This document shows positions 61,166 to 64,000 of a stretch of DNA of 64,000 bases, one piece after another (the stretch's first letter is position 1; every line of letters starts with the position of its first letter). The stretch spans positions 1,056,001-1,120,000 of the forward strand of contig CBDFJG010000003.1 in NCBI GenBank assembly GCA_965248445.1, given 5' to 3'. The position numbers and the translations under genes were made by a program. The notes beneath the pieces were generated by a model. It did no database searches. It saw only the letters and a list, made by a program, of their open reading frames with translations, and was not told the DNA's origin. The DNA comes from Planctomycetota bacterium. GTDB taxonomy: Bacteria > Planctomycetota > JAJSAM01 > JAJVHW01.

Positions 61166-63229
61166 ATGCGCTCCAAGCCCTTCCTCGTCATCGGTCTGAT
61201 AATCGAGGCCATCAGTGTCGCATCGACATTGGTCAGTGGTTGGGCGGTGCACGAGTCGACGACGAAGCGCGACCAGCTGCAGTTCGAGCGTGAGGTCGAT
61301 CGTGGCATGTCGGCTGCGCGAGCACGGCTGAACGAGTACGAGTACGCGCTACACGCTGCGAAGGGCCTATTCGCGGCGAGCGAAGATGTGACACGTGACG
61401 ATTGGCGCAGCTTCGTGGACGAGCTGGACCCCGAGACCCGCTATCCGGGAGTGCTTGGCTTCGGGTTCATCCGTCGCACGAGCCCGGATGCCGTCGATGA
61501 CTTGGTGGAACGTGCCGCGAGCTCGGGTCTGTCGGAACTCAGGATCACGACGCTCGGAGAAGTCCCGCCGGGCGACCGCTTCATCATCGACTACATCGAG
61601 CCGCTCGCCCTGAATCGCCCAGCTGCGGGTCTCGACATCGGCAGCAACGCGGTGCGTCGCGAGGCAGCCTTGGCGGCGATGCTCACCGGGCGCGCGACGA
61701 TCACGAACCGCATCACCCTCGTGCAGGACGACGAGAAGCTAGCCGGGTTCCTCATGCTCGTGCCGGTGTACGAGGGAGGTCGCGTGCCGGGGACTGAGCA
61801 GCAACGTCGCGACCGTTGCATCGGCTGGACGTATGCGCCGTTCGTTGCGAAGACGACGATGATCGGCGTCCCGTCACTCGCCGGAGTTGGCGTGACTCTC
61901 TCGATCTACGACGGCGAACGTGATCCGACGCATGCGATATACCGTGATAGCGCGGCGGTTGTGGGCGATCTCGCCTTGGAGCGCAAGGTCGGGGTCGCGG
62001 GGAAGACCTGGCTGTTCTCGTGGAACACGACCGCGGAACACACTTCGCGCACGGGGGACGACGGGTCCTGGTGGATCATTGCGCTCGGCCTCATCACGAG
62101 CATGGGCCTGCTCGTGGTGATGCTGCTGCTCCATCGCGCGAATAATCGAGCACTCGACGCCGCAGCGTCGGCGTCACGAGCTAAGTCCGACTTCTTGGCG
62201 GTCATGAGCCATGAGATCCGTACGCCTCTAAATGGGGTGATCGGAGCGGCCGAGTTGCTCGCCAGCGAGCCGCTCGATCCGGCCGCCATGGAATTGGCGC
62301 AGGCGCTCAACAGGTCGTCGCGTGGTCTGCTCGCGCTGGTCAACGACGTACTCGACTACTCGCGCGTCGAGGCCGGATGTCTCGACCTCGAGTTGGCGCC
62401 GTTCCGACCGAGTGCTCAGGTGCGGGAGTCGGTTGATCTGTTCCGACAGGCGGCCGCTTCGAAGGGCGTGGAACTCGACCTAGAGATTGAAGATGATGCG
62501 CCGGCGTTCATCGGCGACTCGCTGCGCTTCCGTCAGATTGCGTTGAACCTGATCAGTAACGCCGTGAAGTTCACCTCACAAGGCACCGTAGGAGTCAAGC
62601 TGAGCAGCGGACGCGAAGGCATCGAACTCGTGGTCTCCGACACCGGAGTCGGCATGGATGAGCAGGCGATGCACGGGTTGTTCGACGCATTCAGCCAGGC
62701 GGAGAGTTCGACGAGCCGGCGATTTGGAGGTAGCGGACTCGGGCTGTGGATCGTGAAGCATCTGGTTGGGCTGATGGGTGGCGACATTCGCGTTGAGAGC
62801 GAGCTCACGTATGGGACGCGGTTCCATGTGGCGATCCCACTCGACATCGCCGAATCCACGCCGGCAGTGTCGACACCCGATGGCGCGGAACCGCTCGTCC
62901 ACGCGCTGCACGTCTTGATCGCGGAGGACAACGAGATCAACCGACTGGTCGCAGGGAATATGCTCGATCGTCTCGGCTGCACGTGGGAGATGGTCGAGGA
63001 TGGCGCGCAGGCCGTCGCCGCCGCGAGCACGGGGGAGACGCTACGGGGACTGGCAGCCGTCCGCCGGGCCCATGTCCCGTGCCCGGCTGTCGCCACCGGC
63101 GTCCCGGGCGCTGATCGGCGGGTCCGCGTGAGGTTCGACAAGCCGGTGACGGCGCCCGCCCCGGGGCAGGCTCTCGTCCTTTACGACGAGTCCGGGCGCG
63201 TGCTCGGCGGCGGCTGGATCGCCTCCTGA
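61166..63229 (+). CDS. CHASE-domain hybrid histidine kinase; receiver truncated and fused to an MnmA-like C-terminus
   Basis: CHASE ([12 protein letters not shown]), [29 protein letters not shown] and LIAEDNEIN; tail [25 protein letters not shown]. Confidence 0.8.
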   Translation: MRSKPFLVIGLIIEAISVASTLVSGWAVHESTTKRDQLQFEREVDRGMSAARARLNEYEYALHAAKGLFAASEDVTRDDWRSFVDELDPETRYPGVLGFGFIRRTSPDAVDDLVERAASSGLSELRITTLGEVPPGDRFIIDYIEPLALNRPAAGLDIGSNAVRREAALAAMLTGRATITNRITLVQDDEKLAGFLMLVPVYEGGRVPGTEQQRRDRCIGWTYAPFVAKTTMIGVPSLAGVGVTLSIYDGERDPTHAIYRDSAAVVGDLALERKVGVAGKTWLFSWNTTAEHTSRTGDDGSWWIIALGLITSMGLLVVMLLLHRANNRALDAAASASRAKSDFLAVMSHEIRTPLNGVIGAAELLASEPLDPAAMELAQALNRSSRGLLALVNDVLDYSRVEAGCLDLELAPFRPSAQVRESVDLFRQAAASKGVELDLEIEDDAPAFIGDSLRFRQIALNLISNAVKFTSQGTVGVKLSSGREGIELVVSDTGVGMDEQAMHGLFDAFSQAESSTSRRFGGSGLGLWIVKHLVGLMGGDIRVESELTYGTRFHVAIPLDIAESTPAVSTPDGAEPLVHALHVLIAEDNEINRLVAGNMLDRLGCTWEMVEDGAQAVAAASTGETLRGLAAVRRAHVPCPAVATGVPGADRRVRVRFDKPVTAPAPGQALVLYDESGRVLGGGWIAS

Positions 63230-63311
63230 CGCTCGAAGCGTCAGGTTGGGCGGACAGGAAGGGGCTTCCGCCCCAACCGCGTCGCCGGCGTCAGCCGGCG
63301 AGCCAGACAAC

Positions 63312-63346
63312 AAGGGGTGCGCGGCGCCCGGCGCCACACACCCCTT
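63312..63346. terminator. Hairpin between the convergent kinase and HU genes
   Basis: AAGGGGTG...GGCGCC-c-GGCGCC...CACCCCTT. Confidence 0.6.
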
Positions 63347-63434
63347 CGCTGTGTTCAACGAGGCGGCGGCGCCGCCTCGCGAAGTCCTTGAGAACTCGAC
63401 GAGGCGGCCCCGCCGCCGCCTCGCAGACGCTCCC

Positions 63435-63782
63435 TTAGAGGGATTCCTTGAGCGGCTTGCCGGCCTTGAAGCCGACCGACTTGCTCGCCTTCACCTTGAT
63501 CGCGGCGCCCGTCTGAGGGTTGCGACCCATGCGTGCGGCGCGCCGGCGAACGCTGAAGGCGCCGAATCCGACGATGGAGACCTTCTTGTTCTTCTTGAGG
63601 CCGCGCTGGATGCCGTCAAGGACGGCGGCGATGGCGCGGTCAGCGCCGGCCTTGCTCTCGTCCAGTTCCTTCGCCACGTAGTCGATCAGAGATGCGCGGT
63701 TCATCGCGGTCCCGCTCGACGACGCCTTCTTCGAACTCTTGCGCGTGGACTTCCTCTTCGATGCTCTCTTGCGTGCTGCCAT
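63435..63782 (-). CDS. hup: HU family DNA-binding protein with basic N-terminal extension
   Basis: VGFGAF...ARMGRNPQTG...FKAGKPLK; GGAGG RBS before ATG 63782. Confidence 0.92.
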   Translation of the reverse strand: MAARKRASKRKSTRKSSKKASSSGTAMNRASLIDYVAKELDESKAGADRAIAAVLDGIQRGLKKNKKVSIVGFGAFSVRRRAARMGRNPQTGAAIKVKASKSVGFKAGKPLKESL

Positions 63783-64000
63783 CTGGCGTGTTCCTCCGGG
63801 ACAGATGTCCCCGCTTGACCTTGCCTGCTGCGGATCCAACGTGTCTCCGCTGCGAGCGGCGCACTGTAGGCAGGCCGCCGCGGGCCGGGAAGCAAATCCA
63901 GCGGAGCCCTTGAAATACCTGCATCTCACGGCGATCAGGTGTGGCTCTGATGACGCCGAACCTCCGACCCCGCGATGCGTTCAAATACTCTGTCGTGTCG

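Overview
High-GC bacterial chromosomal window; the pilin, HEAT and VIT-vWA gene content suggests Planctomycetota, which is inference only. The left third holds a type IV pilus locus (pilD fragment, pilT-pilB-pilC-pilin). It is followed by a glycosylation cluster (GT2, two GT4, gmd, a TMTC-like GT-C/TPR membrane protein). The same TCAAG-N16-nCCGAT promoter-like motif lies upstream of pilT, the pilin, GT2, one GT4 and a degenerate GGDEF gene. The middle holds a tatD-moxR-Zn finger-VIT/vWA operon, serS, a selenocysteine (UGA)-containing selD, a tRNA-Gln-anchored integrative element remnant, xseAB, rny with a 6S-like RNA hairpin upstream, pabBC, xerC, fumC and recG. Five copies of one 1669-bp IS1380-family element are present: one carries a nested IS1595 element, two form a head-to-tail tandem of different alleles, one is truncated and one lacks a target duplication. 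The right ~10 kb is a mosaic of abrupt junctions (truncated ECF sigma, primase fragment, IS91 remnant, histidine kinase fused to an MnmA C-terminus) that may be real rearrangements or assembly chimeras. All family assignments are from motif recognition by eye; no database searches were run.
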